Below are positions 8,609-19,600 of a stretch of 25,730 nt of DNA, piece after piece (position 1 is the stretch's first letter; each line of letters opens with the position of its first letter). The notes under the pieces are model-generated. The model was not told where the DNA came from. It made no database searches and saw only the letters and a program-made list of their open reading frames with translations. The translations under genes and the position numbers were made by a program. The DNA lies in the IMG/VR virus record IMGVR_UViG_3300020045_007810, positions 1 through 25,730 of that record. One strand, written 5' to 3'. This DNA is from a virus (Duplodnaviria > Caudoviricetes).

Positions 8609-9127
8609 ATGGATGACACTCAATTAAAATCACAAATAGACAGTCAAATCACATCGCAAACTGATGTAGATTCAATATCTCCTACAATAGTTGGCGAAAA
8701 CATGAAGGCTATTATTGATTTATCAGTACAAGAAACTAGATTAAAGATTGTTAAAACAATAATACCAACGGCAAGCGTTCTTCAATTGTTTACAACTCCT
8801 GTGACAATATTAGATTCGACAGAGGCCGGCAAGATAAAGTTTCCTATTAGCGTATATGTAAAAAGATTAACCGGCAACGCTTACGCGCTAGCTACCTCGT
8901 CTTTTAGCGTAATAAACGATTTTGGAACTGCTTTATCAGCAAATCTTAATCCTAATCCATTAATAAGTACGCCTGAAGGTTATTTTCAATCTGCTATTAG
9001 TTTATATCAAAATAATAGCGGAGGTAGCAAGAATGCTCTTTATAAGTTAAAAGCCAACTCCGGCGACCCGACGTTAGGCACTGGAGATTTAGAGGTTTAT
9101 ACTACCTATATTGAAATAATAGAATAA
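8609..9127 (+). CDS. Putative tail decoration / accessory virion protein
   Basis: N-terminal helix QLKSQIDSQIT...SISPTIVGENMKAIID followed by a beta-rich domain ending GTGDLEVYTTY. Confidence 0.6.
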   Translation: MDDTQLKSQIDSQITSQTDVDSISPTIVGENMKAIIDLSVQETRLKIVKTIIPTASVLQLFTTPVTILDSTEAGKIKFPISVYVKRLTGNAYALATSSFSVINDFGTALSANLNPNPLISTPEGYFQSAISLYQNNSGGSKNALYKLKANSGDPTLGTGDLEVYTTYIEIIE

Positions 9128-9137
9128 ATTAATAAAT

Positions 9138-9170
9138 TCCCCTCTTAATACAACTAGAGGGGATTTTTTT
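9138..9170 (+). terminator. Rho-independent terminator
   Basis: TCCCCTCT (9138-45)/AGAGGGGA (9156-63) stem followed by T7. Confidence 0.85.
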
Positions 9171-9190
9171 GAAGTTGGTTGGTGTAGTAA

Positions 9191-9652
9191 ATGAAATTAA
9201 ATATGACTTTAGAAAATTACATAGCTAACCTACAAACATTAAAATCTGAATTACCAGAAAAGGTAGATAAGATAATAATGAAAAATCAAGCTTTTATAGT
9301 AGGAATGTTAAAGCAAAGGCTTTATATGTATGGCACAGACGGAAACTACGATTTAATTGGGCAATACTCAAAAAGAACCAAAGAAATTAAAAAAGCTAAT
9401 AATCAAAAAAGTTCATTCATAACGTTAAAAGATTCTGGAAGATGGTATGCTGCAATGTATATAGATTCTAATAACGGAGAATATATAATAGACTCAAAAG
9501 ACTGGAAAACTCCATTACTAATAGAAGTTTACGGAGAATCTATATTAGAACTAACGTTCAAGCAACAGGATGATATAATAAAAAACATTATTGAACCTGA
9601 GCTGCAGAAATATATAAATTCTATTAGCGGCGACCTAGAAATAGAATTATAA
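9191..9652 (+). CDS. Putative tail completion / neck protein (virion morphogenesis family-like)
   Basis: YSKRTKEIKK...ITLKDSGRWYAAM motif resembling the L-x-D-T/S-G morphogenesis proteins. Confidence 0.6.
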   Translation: MKLNMTLENYIANLQTLKSELPEKVDKIIMKNQAFIVGMLKQRLYMYGTDGNYDLIGQYSKRTKEIKKANNQKSSFITLKDSGRWYAAMYIDSNNGEYIIDSKDWKTPLLIEVYGESILELTFKQQDDIIKNIIEPELQKYINSISGDLEIEL

Positions 9653-9861
9653 CAAACTGCTAATATCTACCGCTACCAAACTTCAAATATTTATAATTTC
9701 GCATAAAAACTTTTAAAACTCGAGTTGTTTTAAACGTGCGTAATGTGTTAAAAAATAAAAATAGTATAAATATATTATTTTATATTTTTAATCAATTCTG
9801 GATAGTATGTGTGATTTCTGGAGGCTTTTAACAATTATTATTGTAAACAAATATATTAAAT

Positions 9862-10482
9862 ATGAATTTTCATAAAACATGTAAAACGTTGCCGATATAT
9901 AATTTCAACGAAATACTTTTAAATAAAGATTTAAGATTTTTAATTAAAGATTTCGATGAGTACGATAATGAAGATTTAGTTCTGTCTAGTAAAGAAATAT
10001 GCGTTTTGCAAGATGCTTATAAAAAAATAATATATGAGTATTCAGAATTAACATCTAACAACTCTGTAATATCAAGATATAAATCAGAGTTTAAAATTAG
10101 TGAACTTATTTTTATTTATGAAAATTCAATTAAATTAATAGAAATGTATTCAGAGTACAAAGATATTAATTTACTTAAATTGTTAAATAAATTAAGTTTT
10201 AATTTTAATGAAGAAAATGGAATTAATACTGAGTTAAACAGAATAACTAAATCCATAAGAGCTTTAAAAACAAAAATAGATATATTAAAATTAAAGCATA
10301 AAGAAAAGTTTGAAAAAGAAAATCATAAGACAGATAGCGACGTTAAATATGTAAATAGATTAGAACATGAAGCTATAGCTCTTGAATTAAGTTTAAAATT
10401 AAACTACAGTTTAAATTTAAAAACCTTGTCTACATCAAAATGGGTTATGATGTGGAATATTTCAAACAAAAAAAATTCTTAA
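9862..10482 (+). CDS. Hypothetical protein, tail assembly chaperone position
   Basis: 206 aa, helical, LPIYNF motif, directly upstream of the tape measure gene; very AT-rich. Confidence 0.55.
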   Translation: MNFHKTCKTLPIYNFNEILLNKDLRFLIKDFDEYDNEDLVLSSKEICVLQDAYKKIIYEYSELTSNNSVISRYKSEFKISELIFIYENSIKLIEMYSEYKDINLLKLLNKLSFNFNEENGINTELNRITKSIRALKTKIDILKLKHKEKFEKENHKTDSDVKYVNRLEHEAIALELSLKLNYSLNLKTLSTSKWVMMWNISNKKNS

Positions 10483-10502
10483 TTAAAAAATAAATTTACA
10501 AA

Positions 10503-13500
10503 ATGGCAAAGGCTAAAATAAATACCGAAGATGCTGTAAAAGAAGTTAATGCGTTAATAGACGTTTTTAACAACTTAGTGTCTACTACTAATAAAGTAGG
10601 AGGTGCTAGCTCTGCTAATTTTAGAAAAGTTGAAACAGGCTTAATGGCATTAAAAAATGTTTCTTCTCAAGTAGATTCTTCGTTTAAAGAATTGGAGAAT
10701 AGATATAAAAATATGTCAACTTCTCAAAAAAATTATTTGACACAAACAAGAAATCTAAAAGAGCAAACAAAAGAATTGAATGCTCAAATAACAAAACAAC
10801 AATTAGAACTTGATAAATTATCAAATAAACAAGATAAAGTTAATTCCGGATTCAAAAATATTTTCAGCAGTATTAAAGCTCTTATCGGAGCTTTTGGTAT
10901 AATAAACGGTATACAAATATTTGCTTCGTTAATATCAGACGCTTACAAACTAACTAAGCAATTTGATTCGTTATCATTTGCACTCAATACAGTTACCCAA
11001 AGTGCGTTCGACGCTGCTATATCAGAAAGATTCTTAAAAGAAATAACGCAAGATTTTGGCGTCGAGTTAGTATCTACAACAGAACGATGGGTAAAATTTC
11101 TAGCGGCTGCAAAACAATCAAAAATATCATTAAAAGATACAGAAGATATATTTCGCTCTGTTACTAAAGCTAGTTCTGTTTTAGGATTGCAAACAGATGA
11201 ATTATCAGGAGTATATTTAGCTTTAGAACAAATGATGTCTAAAGGTAAAATTACAACAGAAGAGCTTAGAAGACAACTTGGTGAAAGATTACCAGGAGCA
11301 TTTGGTATAATGGCGGCTGCTGTAGGTGTAAACGTAAACGAATTAGATGCAATGCTTAAGAAAGGAGAATTACTTTCAGCTGAAGTATTGCCTAAGTTCG
11401 CAAAAGCTCTTGAGAACGCTTATAATATCGAAACAGTTGAAAGCATAGAGACAATAACATCTGCTCAAAATAGATTAACAAACACGTGGGAAAATTTTGT
11501 AAAAAGCGTTACCGAAGGAGAAACCTGGATAGGCAAATCATTGAACTCAATTGCTAATGGAATATCTAAAGTTTTGGTTTTAATGTCAGGTAGTGATACA
11601 TATTATAAAAATATGTTCGACGTAAAAACAATAGAAGAGGGCAAAAGATATGCTAAGCAATTAAGAGATTTGGCTACAGAAATATTAGATAGGAAAAAAA
11701 GTGATGAAAACGAATTTGACGCTATTGATTTAGAGGTTAGACAAGCTAGAGAAGCTCGAGTAGAATTAAGTTTAAAAAACGCTAGTGAAAAAGAAAGAAT
11801 AATTGCGCAAGAGAGACTTGATAAAGCATTAATGGCATTGACGCAGTATGGTATAGAAAGAGAAGCTATAGTTAAATCAATAGCTGAAAAAGAAATAGGT
11901 AGAATATCTGCAGCTTGGGAAAAACAAAAAGAAATAACTAACGATGCTAAAAAAAGAATGGATGAAAATGACACGCGAGAAAACAATACTACTTATGGTA
12001 TAGCGTTGTCAACATTAGCAAAATTAGAAGCTAGACTTAGTTATTTAAGAAAATTAACCGAAGTTACTCAAAAAGCTGATTTTGGTGAAGATAAACCAAA
12101 AAAAGCAAAAGTAATAAGAGAATTTGAGTTAAAGGAAATAAACGACTTAAACAATGAGGTTAAACTAGCTTCTTTAAACGCTAGAAAAGAAACAAACGAC
12201 GCTTTAATAGCCGATGATAAAAATAGTTGGGCAGAAAAATTAGAAATGATTAAAGACAATACTAGTATTGAACTTGACATAGCTAAAATACAACAAAATG
12301 AATCTTTAGCAAAAGCTAAAAAATATTACGATGACCAATTGCATGATTTAGCAAAAGCAAAAGCTGACGGTAAAAAAATAATTGGAGATGAAACAAAATG
12401 GCAATTACAATTAGAAGATAACTTAGCTGATGCTAAAACAATAGCTAACGAAGAATACAATAAAAAAATAAATGCAGCTAAAAGAAAACAAGTTGAAGAG
12501 TTTATAAAAATAACAAAATTAGCAGAAGAAGAGGAAGTTGATATATCGCAGGATTTTTTCAACAAAAAAGTAATAGCCGCAAAAGAGGATTATAATTTAT
12601 CTAAAAAAACAAAAGAAGATAAAGCTAAATTAGATAAAGAATTAACTAGAATATCTGTAGAAGAAGCTAACGCTAGGATAGAGATACTAATTAAAAACGC
12701 AGAAGCATTAATAGCGTTAGGCGGATTGACAGAAGATGAAATAGCCGCTATTAAAAGAAATATAAACGACCTTAAGGCGTCAATGAAAGAGTTTGTTCCT
12801 GTTGACGACATTAAAGAATCTCTTAAAAAATTATCAGAAATACTTGAATTTGCTAAAGAGTTTGCAGATGAACTATCAAATTTTAGTAATGCGGCTTTTG
12901 ACAGGACTATAGAGAATATAAATGCTGAAATCGAGGCTGAAAAAAATAAATATGATAAATTAATAGAATTAGCTGCTGGTAATAATGATGAGCAAGTAAG
13001 ACTAGAAAAAGAGAAGCAAGCAAAGCTAGAAGTATTAGAAGCAGAAAGATTAAGACAAGAACAAAGAAAAGCAAAATTTGATAAAGCATTTGCACTAACT
13101 AGTATAGCTTTAAATACAGCTGTAGCTATATCAAAAGTTTTAGGCCAAACTGGTATATTTGGATTAGCTGCATGGATTCCAATAGCTGCCTTAGGAGCCG
13201 TTCAAGCTGCGACTGTATTAGCTACTCCAATACCTAAATATGAAGATGGATTAGATAAAGCTAAAGATGACCACGTAGCGATGATTAACGATGGTAGAAA
13301 GCAAGAGTTTGTTGAAAGAGACGGTAATATATTGACTACTAAAAACAAAAACGCTATAGTCCAATTAAAGAAAGGAGACACTGTACACAAAGACTATGAT
13401 AGCATGATTAGTTCTAATGACATTTTTAAAAACATATCAAGAGCATCTATGTTGACATCTTTATCTAATAAAAACAATGATTTAGACACTAAAAATCTAG

Positions 13501-13640
13501 AACAAATATTTGATTCTAATTTCAAAAATTTGAATAAAGATTTGAAAAACGGTATAAGAGACGGCTTTAAAAATGTGTCTATTCATAATCATACTACTTA
13601 TAATATGGATTGGTTAAAATACAAAAACAATACTTTATAA
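10503..13640 (+). CDS. Tape measure protein
   Basis: 1045 aa, coiled-coil. Tape measure domain QMMSKGKITTEELRRQLGERLPGA, hydrophobic segments, C-terminal PIPKYEDG. Confidence 0.93.
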   Translation: MAKAKINTEDAVKEVNALIDVFNNLVSTTNKVGGASSANFRKVETGLMALKNVSSQVDSSFKELENRYKNMSTSQKNYLTQTRNLKEQTKELNAQITKQQLELDKLSNKQDKVNSGFKNIFSSIKALIGAFGIINGIQIFASLISDAYKLTKQFDSLSFALNTVTQSAFDAAISERFLKEITQDFGVELVSTTERWVKFLAAAKQSKISLKDTEDIFRSVTKASSVLGLQTDELSGVYLALEQMMSKGKITTEELRRQLGERLPGAFGIMAAAVGVNVNELDAMLKKGELLSAEVLPKFAKALENAYNIETVESIETITSAQNRLTNTWENFVKSVTEGETWIGKSLNSIANGISKVLVLMSGSDTYYKNMFDVKTIEEGKRYAKQLRDLATEILDRKKSDENEFDAIDLEVRQAREARVELSLKNASEKERIIAQERLDKALMALTQYGIEREAIVKSIAEKEIGRISAAWEKQKEITNDAKKRMDENDTRENNTTYGIALSTLAKLEARLSYLRKLTEVTQKADFGEDKPKKAKVIREFELKEINDLNNEVKLASLNARKETNDALIADDKNSWAEKLEMIKDNTSIELDIAKIQQNESLAKAKKYYDDQLHDLAKAKADGKKIIGDETKWQLQLEDNLADAKTIANEEYNKKINAAKRKQVEEFIKITKLAEEEEVDISQDFFNKKVIAAKEDYNLSKKTKEDKAKLDKELTRISVEEANARIEILIKNAEALIALGGLTEDEIAAIKRNINDLKASMKEFVPVDDIKESLKKLSEILEFAKEFADELSNFSNAAFDRTIENINAEIEAEKNKYDKLIELAAGNNDEQVRLEKEKQAKLEVLEAERLRQEQRKAKFDKAFALTSIALNTAVAISKVLGQTGIFGLAAWIPIAALGAVQAATVLATPIPKYEDGLDKAKDDHVAMINDGRKQEFVERDGNILTTKNKNAIVQLKKGDTVHKDYDSMISSNDIFKNISRASMLTSLSNKNNDLDTKNLEQIFDSNFKNLNKDLKNGIRDGFKNVSIHNHTTYNMDWLKYKNNTL

Positions 13641-15958
13641 TGGGAAATATTTATCAATCTTATTTTAAAATGTATAGATATTCTCTAAGAGGAGCTCTTG
13701 GATACCTAGAGATATCTCAACCTATAGGATGGGGCGAGGATAACAAGGTTTTTAAAAGAAGTACTGAATGTCATGGCGTTTTTATAAATTTATCTAGTAA
13801 CTTATATTTCTATATAGGAGATGAAAACAATGATGGAGGATACAATTATTTAAAGAACACATATGAAACATATGGAATAAATGCTACTGTGTCTTTGGTA
13901 AAAGAAGAAAACATAAGCGGAACGTGGGAAGAGTCTTATAGAGGGTTCTTTGACTTTTCAACTTACAGCAGAAATAATACATTAATTGAAATAATGTTTA
14001 ATGAAAGTGGTATTTATGAAAAAATAAAATCAAGGAACAGCGAGGATTTAGAGCTTGACAGGCTTACAACAATGGATGGAACTGTTCTTGGGCCGCTTAA
14101 AACGGAATTAATGGAACTGCAAGGTAGGAAGATATTAATAATAAGCGAGTTAAATAGGACAAAAGGAGACGGTAGCTGGATACAAGTTCCAGGAAATATG
14201 TTTGTAGCCGTTAATAATGGAGAAAATGATTCTAAAATACAGTTAGTAACTATAAACAGAGACATAGCTTGTATTATTCCATTGACAATGATTGCTGAGC
14301 AAGACGGTAATGTTCAAACTATATATGGCTATGAAATAAGAGCTAATGCTTCTGCTTATGAAAATGGAACAACAGGCAGCATGTTTTACGCTGTAGCAGA
14401 AAATGATAATACTATAACTGTTGATTTTGATATTGAATTTGCTAGCGTAGAATACAATAGGGTTTCTACATTAAAAGTCGATTTAGTTAAATTTTCAAAC
14501 GGTATAAGTTATGAATACGCTTCTACTACTACATTGTTAACGGTAAATCCAGTTAATCAAGGTCAAGTTTATTCGCTAAAGCAGTCCGGAGTAAAAATAC
14601 CTTTGTTAGCAAACGAAAGTTTAGCATTAGCTATAAGAGCAGAAAACAACAATGGTATAGAAACAATAATATCTGTAACAAAAGCAAGTGTAATAATAAC
14701 AGATGAAACTTATTATCCATCAACACAATCTAAGTTCGTTCTGCCTTTCGAGGCTCTAGAAAGAGTTGTTAACGTAATAACAGACAAAGGAGGTGTTCTA
14801 AAATCAAACGCGTTAGGTAGAACAGACTTAGGTTATTTAGAGGATGGTTATGCTTCACTAACTGGATTGACAAATGGATTTTGGGTTAGAGAATTTAATA
14901 CTGAAAAAATAACAACATCATTTAAAGCTTTTATTGATTCTTTTAATGTTGTTTGGCAAATTGGTTATGGAATAGAAAAAATAGGATTTAATGAAATACT
15001 TCGTGTTGAACATATAAGTCACTTTTATCAGTACGTTGTAACATTGAAGTTGGGTGGTGATGCTCCTAAGAAAATAACAAGAGCTTGTGCTAAAGACTAC
15101 TATTATAGTAGTTTAGAAATAGGTTACTCAGCTCCGTCTGGAACGGTTTTATACGAAGAAGTATTAGGTCTTGATGAGTATAACATTAGAAACAATTATA
15201 CTACCGCTATAACAAAAATTGAAAACAAAAATACATTAATATCTCCATATAGAGCAGATAGTTATGGAACAGAATTTGCTAGGAGAAAACCTAAAGCTAA
15301 GTTTCCAGAAGAAGACACAAGATACGATTTAAGTGTAATGGTTAATGATTTAAAAAGAGGTGTTACAAATGTATTTTCGCAAAGAAAATGGGAAGATGAC
15401 TTTGAAGTGCCTAATCCGTTTAATAGGTTTACAACTGGTGTTTATTCCCCTGAAACAGCTACAAATTTAAGGTTCAGTCCAATGAACATATTAAAAAGAT
15501 GGGGCTTTTGGATTAAAGGAGGCCTTATGAAAAATCTAAATGAATATATAAGGTATTCAAGTAGTAATGGTAATAGTTCTTTGAAAACAAAATCATTAGA
15601 ACAAGGTAGTATTGAAACTGCTGAAAACGGGAACGTATTAAATTCTGATTTAAATAAAAATTTATTTAATGGAGATATAATTAAGTTTAAATTTCCTGTC
15701 GATAGTTCTATGCTTAAAACATTAAATGGCACAACTGTTTTTAATGGAGAGACAATAATGAATTATTATGGGTTAATAGAATTCACAAATGAAGACGGTG
15801 ATTTAGAAACTGGATTTCTACTTTCGCTAGAACCAAACGGAGAAGGAGAATGGGAATTATTATCTTCTACTAAAAGAATTAATAAACAAAGTCAAACAAG
15901 TACTGATAACGGCAAAATAATTGCGCCTAGTGATTTAACAGCACGTAGTTCAATATAA
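13640..15958 (+). CDS. Tail tip / hub structural protein
   Basis: Follows the tape measure gene; start reassigned to ATG 13640 (TAATG overlap). QPIGW and LISPYRADSYGTEFARRK motifs, beta-rich. Confidence 0.7.
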   Translation: MGNIYQSYFKMYRYSLRGALGYLEISQPIGWGEDNKVFKRSTECHGVFINLSSNLYFYIGDENNDGGYNYLKNTYETYGINATVSLVKEENISGTWEESYRGFFDFSTYSRNNTLIEIMFNESGIYEKIKSRNSEDLELDRLTTMDGTVLGPLKTELMELQGRKILIISELNRTKGDGSWIQVPGNMFVAVNNGENDSKIQLVTINRDIACIIPLTMIAEQDGNVQTIYGYEIRANASAYENGTTGSMFYAVAENDNTITVDFDIEFASVEYNRVSTLKVDLVKFSNGISYEYASTTTLLTVNPVNQGQVYSLKQSGVKIPLLANESLALAIRAENNNGIETIISVTKASVIITDETYYPSTQSKFVLPFEALERVVNVITDKGGVLKSNALGRTDLGYLEDGYASLTGLTNGFWVREFNTEKITTSFKAFIDSFNVVWQIGYGIEKIGFNEILRVEHISHFYQYVVTLKLGGDAPKKITRACAKDYYYSSLEIGYSAPSGTVLYEEVLGLDEYNIRNNYTTAITKIENKNTLISPYRADSYGTEFARRKPKAKFPEEDTRYDLSVMVNDLKRGVTNVFSQRKWEDDFEVPNPFNRFTTGVYSPETATNLRFSPMNILKRWGFWIKGGLMKNLNEYIRYSSSNGNSSLKTKSLEQGSIETAENGNVLNSDLNKNLFNGDIIKFKFPVDSSMLKTLNGTTVFNGETIMNYYGLIEFTNEDGDLETGFLLSLEPNGEGEWELLSSTKRINKQSQTSTDNGKIIAPSDLTARSSI

Positions 15959-15969
15959 AAATAATTGCT

Positions 15970-16272
15970 ATGTTAGAAATAATAAACGGAATAGATTCTG
16001 TTATATTGGGCTGGAATCACGCTCAATGCGATGAAGGAATATCTCATTATAGAATATATATAAACGACGCTATAGGAAGAAATATAGTAGGCAATATTAA
16101 TTCTATAATATATGATGGATTAGAACAACAAGTGGAATATTCATTTTACATAGTAGCGGTTACTAATAAAAATAGGATAAGTGAAAAGTCTAACACTATA
16201 AGAATAATGTTGGATTTAACAAGCCCACAAGTTAATTTTAAATTAAACTTTAACTTAAACTTCAATTTATAA
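15970..16272 (+). CDS. Fibronectin type III domain protein with C-terminal aromatic repeat
   Basis: SVILGW...YRIY...GLEQQVEYSFYIVAV...SEKSN FN3 pattern; ends NFKLNFNLNFNL. Confidence 0.75.
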   Translation: MLEIINGIDSVILGWNHAQCDEGISHYRIYINDAIGRNIVGNINSIIYDGLEQQVEYSFYIVAVTNKNRISEKSNTIRIMLDLTSPQVNFKLNFNLNFNL

Positions 16273-16607
16273 TGAGCTCGCTAAAAATAACATACGAAGA
16301 CAAGGAAGCTGTAAATCCTCCTGGCATAAGAAAGAATCAAGCACAAGATGCTGACTTTAATGAAATAAAAGACGTTGTAAATTCTCATGCGGACTCAATA
16401 GACATATCGTTGCTAAAAAGTGCTGCGAATTTATTTAAGTTTGTTCAGAAAGGATTTGGAAACAATGATTTAGAAAACAATCAAGTAGGAGATATTTTTT
16501 GCGGTTGGAGAAATGATGGATTAGTAAGATATTCTGAAGCTATATGGAATGGAGGAGCGTTATCGGACTCAAATAATTTTACGCCGTTAGTACAAACAGA
16601 AATTTAG
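16272..16607 (+). CDS. Small tail-associated protein
   Basis: KITYEDK...DADFNEIKDVVN N-terminal helix; TAATG-coupled to the FN3 gene. Confidence 0.65.
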   Translation: MSSLKITYEDKEAVNPPGIRKNQAQDADFNEIKDVVNSHADSIDISLLKSAANLFKFVQKGFGNNDLENNQVGDIFCGWRNDGLVRYSEAIWNGGALSDSNNFTPLVQTEI

Positions 16608-16628
16608 AAACAATTAAAACAATCAAAT

Positions 16629-19600
16629 ATGAAAAAAACAGTATTATTAGTGTTATTGGTTTTTATATCAGTAATAACTCGAGGCCAAACAACTTTGGCT
16701 AATAAATTAAAAATAACTGGTAACACAACAAGTGTTGGTGCACAAAAGGTAAATGTTCAAGAAGCTGATGGCTTTGTTAATACAATACCAAAATCAGACC
16801 TTGTTGATGTGCTTGAATACGGTACAGCATCTGCATTGCCAATAACTGGTGTCGCTTCAAAAATATATATAACAACTGATGACAATAAGTTATATAGGTG
16901 GAACGGAACATTTTATGAAGAAGTATCGTATGCTGGCGATTATAATCTTAAACAAACTGTATTTACTGGGATTTGCCAAAAGCAATACTTAACAGAAAAT
17001 GATATAGTAGTAGATAATTCAGCAACAACACTTACTATATCTACGGTTAAAAACGGGGAAACAATTTCAGCTGGTAATCCTATTAGGTTTTTTACAGACG
17101 GAAATGGTATAGCTGTTATGCATGAAAAATCAAGTCCTGTAGTTTTTAATTTTACAAACACTACTGGAATCTGGTATTTTTATTTTAATAGTGCAGGTAC
17201 CCCGATAGCAACGCAAACACCATGGAACGATTTTTCAACTATAGCAACTGTCTACAGATTTTATTGGAATGCAACTTTAGGAGTTGCAGATAGACGAGTA
17301 ATTGAAAGTGTTGAGTATCATAAAAATGATATAAGTTGGTCAGACCACGCTTGGAAACACTTAGACGGAGCTAAATGGTCAAGCGGACTTACCGCATCTA
17401 GCAACGCAATTTCAACTGGTGCACCTGCTGTAGATGGTTCGAATGCTGTAATAACGCTATCAAGCGGTACTATTTTGGATGACAACATTTACTATACACT
17501 GACGAATGCTGCTACTGGTACGGTTAAATTCACTCAGAATTTAGGCACAGGATTGCTACCAGCAACAGCAGGTAAGTTTATTTGCATTTCGAATAGCACA
17601 TCCGGATTATTAGAAAAAATTCCTGCAACCGATTTTCCATTTCTTTGGAATAGCGGAACCAACACTCCAGAATATTTGACTGTAAACGGCACACGTACAG
17701 CTGTAACGGCTAATAATTATTTCGTTTACTATGTTTACGCTTTGCAAGACCCCCGTTACGGGGAAACGATTAAAATCAAAAGTGCGGAAACTGATTTCGC
17801 AAATTTAACACTCGCACAAGCGCACAATTGGGAACAATTGCAAACGCTTTTCCCAACTCTTCGCGACGGTGAAATTCGATTACTGTATAAACTTACTTTC
17901 GAATACAAAACCAGCTACGATATTGGCACAAAGAAAAGTGTGTTGAGATATGTGGACGATTTGAGGAAGCAAAAAACAACTACTACGGCTGTGGCTTCGG
18001 GAACAGTGCCAGCTACGAATGTAAGCGTTTCGCCTGTTGGTGGAATTTCTTCTACTAATGTTCAGAGTGCGTTGCAAGAGTTGGATAGTGAAACTGTGAA
18101 ATTAACAGGAAATCAAACAATTGACGGAAACAAAACCTTATCAAAAAGCTTAAATATGCTTTCCGTGGATTTGCCTTATTCAGCCCTAACCGCTGTATCA
18201 GCAGGGGCAGGAGTGTTAAGTGGTGATTTTGTTTGGGGGTTATCGTTTTACACCGCAGAGGGTAAGGAAACAGGGGTAGGAGGTATTTCTTCTGTTGTAA
18301 CGCTATCATCTAATAAAGCAATGGTAACTATACCGACTTCGCCAAACAGTTTAGTTGTGGGTAGAAAATTATATAGGACAAATAGCTCACTTGGAGAAAC
18401 AAGATTGATGCAATTAGTGGTAGATATTCCAAATAATACCGCAACAACCTATGAGGACAATATTTCTAATGGGTCACTTGGTTCTATTCCTATTTGGTTT
18501 AATACAACAGGTGGCGAGATTAAAATTAATGACCAGCGAATTTTTAGCACAAACGGGCAAAATACCGCTATTGGGATTTATGCCAATCCAAGCAATACAG
18601 GTTATGCTAATCAGTCAGTGGGTAATTTTGCGGGGTATAGTTTGACAAGCGGGTACAGAAATGTTTTTTCGGGTTTGTATTCTGGATACGGAACAACAGG
18701 GGGATTTATGAATACAGCCACAGGCGTGCATTCATTGAACTTCAACCCCAATGGTCGTGAAAATTGCGCTTATGGTTTTTCTTCATTAATGTACAATACT
18801 GGTGATGATAATACAGCTTTAGGCACTTTTTCTTTTGCTGAAAACATATCTGGTTCAAGAAACGTAGGTATAGGTGCTGGCGCGGGACAACACGAAATGG
18901 GCAGTTATAAGTTTTACCTAAATAACCATCCAATTAGTAATAACGCGGAAGAACGAACAAATTCTTTGATGTATGGTGAATTTGACAATGACCCGCTTTA
19001 TCAAAATTTAAGAATAAATGCGAGTGTCGGTATCGGCAAATATCCTACCCAAAAATTAGATGTTGAAGGAAATGTTTTAACGAGCAGTTTTTTAATGAGA
19101 GGGGCCTTTTCGAAAGGATGTTTAGCCGGAGGTCAGGATAATTTAGGTAGCACCGGAAGCAAAACTAATCCTATCTATATAATAGGCACAGGATATGCGC
19201 CTACTGATGATTCTCTTGGAAGTATGTTTGGGGTTGGTTACGCAAATAACGGACTTTGGGGTGGAGGAAAAGTAGATAGTTGGGCGCTGTATGTGGCACA
19301 AGGCGGTACAATTCAATCAATTATAGGTGACGATATATGGACAAACGGGAATGTAAAAGCAACAAATTACATAGGTTCAGCAAACCTTACAGACACGCCA
19401 ACAGCCCCAACAGCAACGGCAGGGACAGATACAGACCAGATTGCTACAACTAAGTTTGTGCAGGAAAGCAAAATATTACCCGTAACCGAAACAGGAACAT
19501 CATTTTCATTAACCGATGCCTACAACGGTAAAGTAGTAATTTTCACAGCGAGTTGCACGGTAACAATTCCCAACGGGTTAGTGGCTAATTTTGAATGTAG

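Noticed and set aside
10465-10493. -1 slippery site (A AAA AAT) as a lambda G/GT-type chaperone frameshift
   Set aside because: The -1 frame stops at 10491-93 after about five codons, so there is no extended product or fusion to the tape measure gene.
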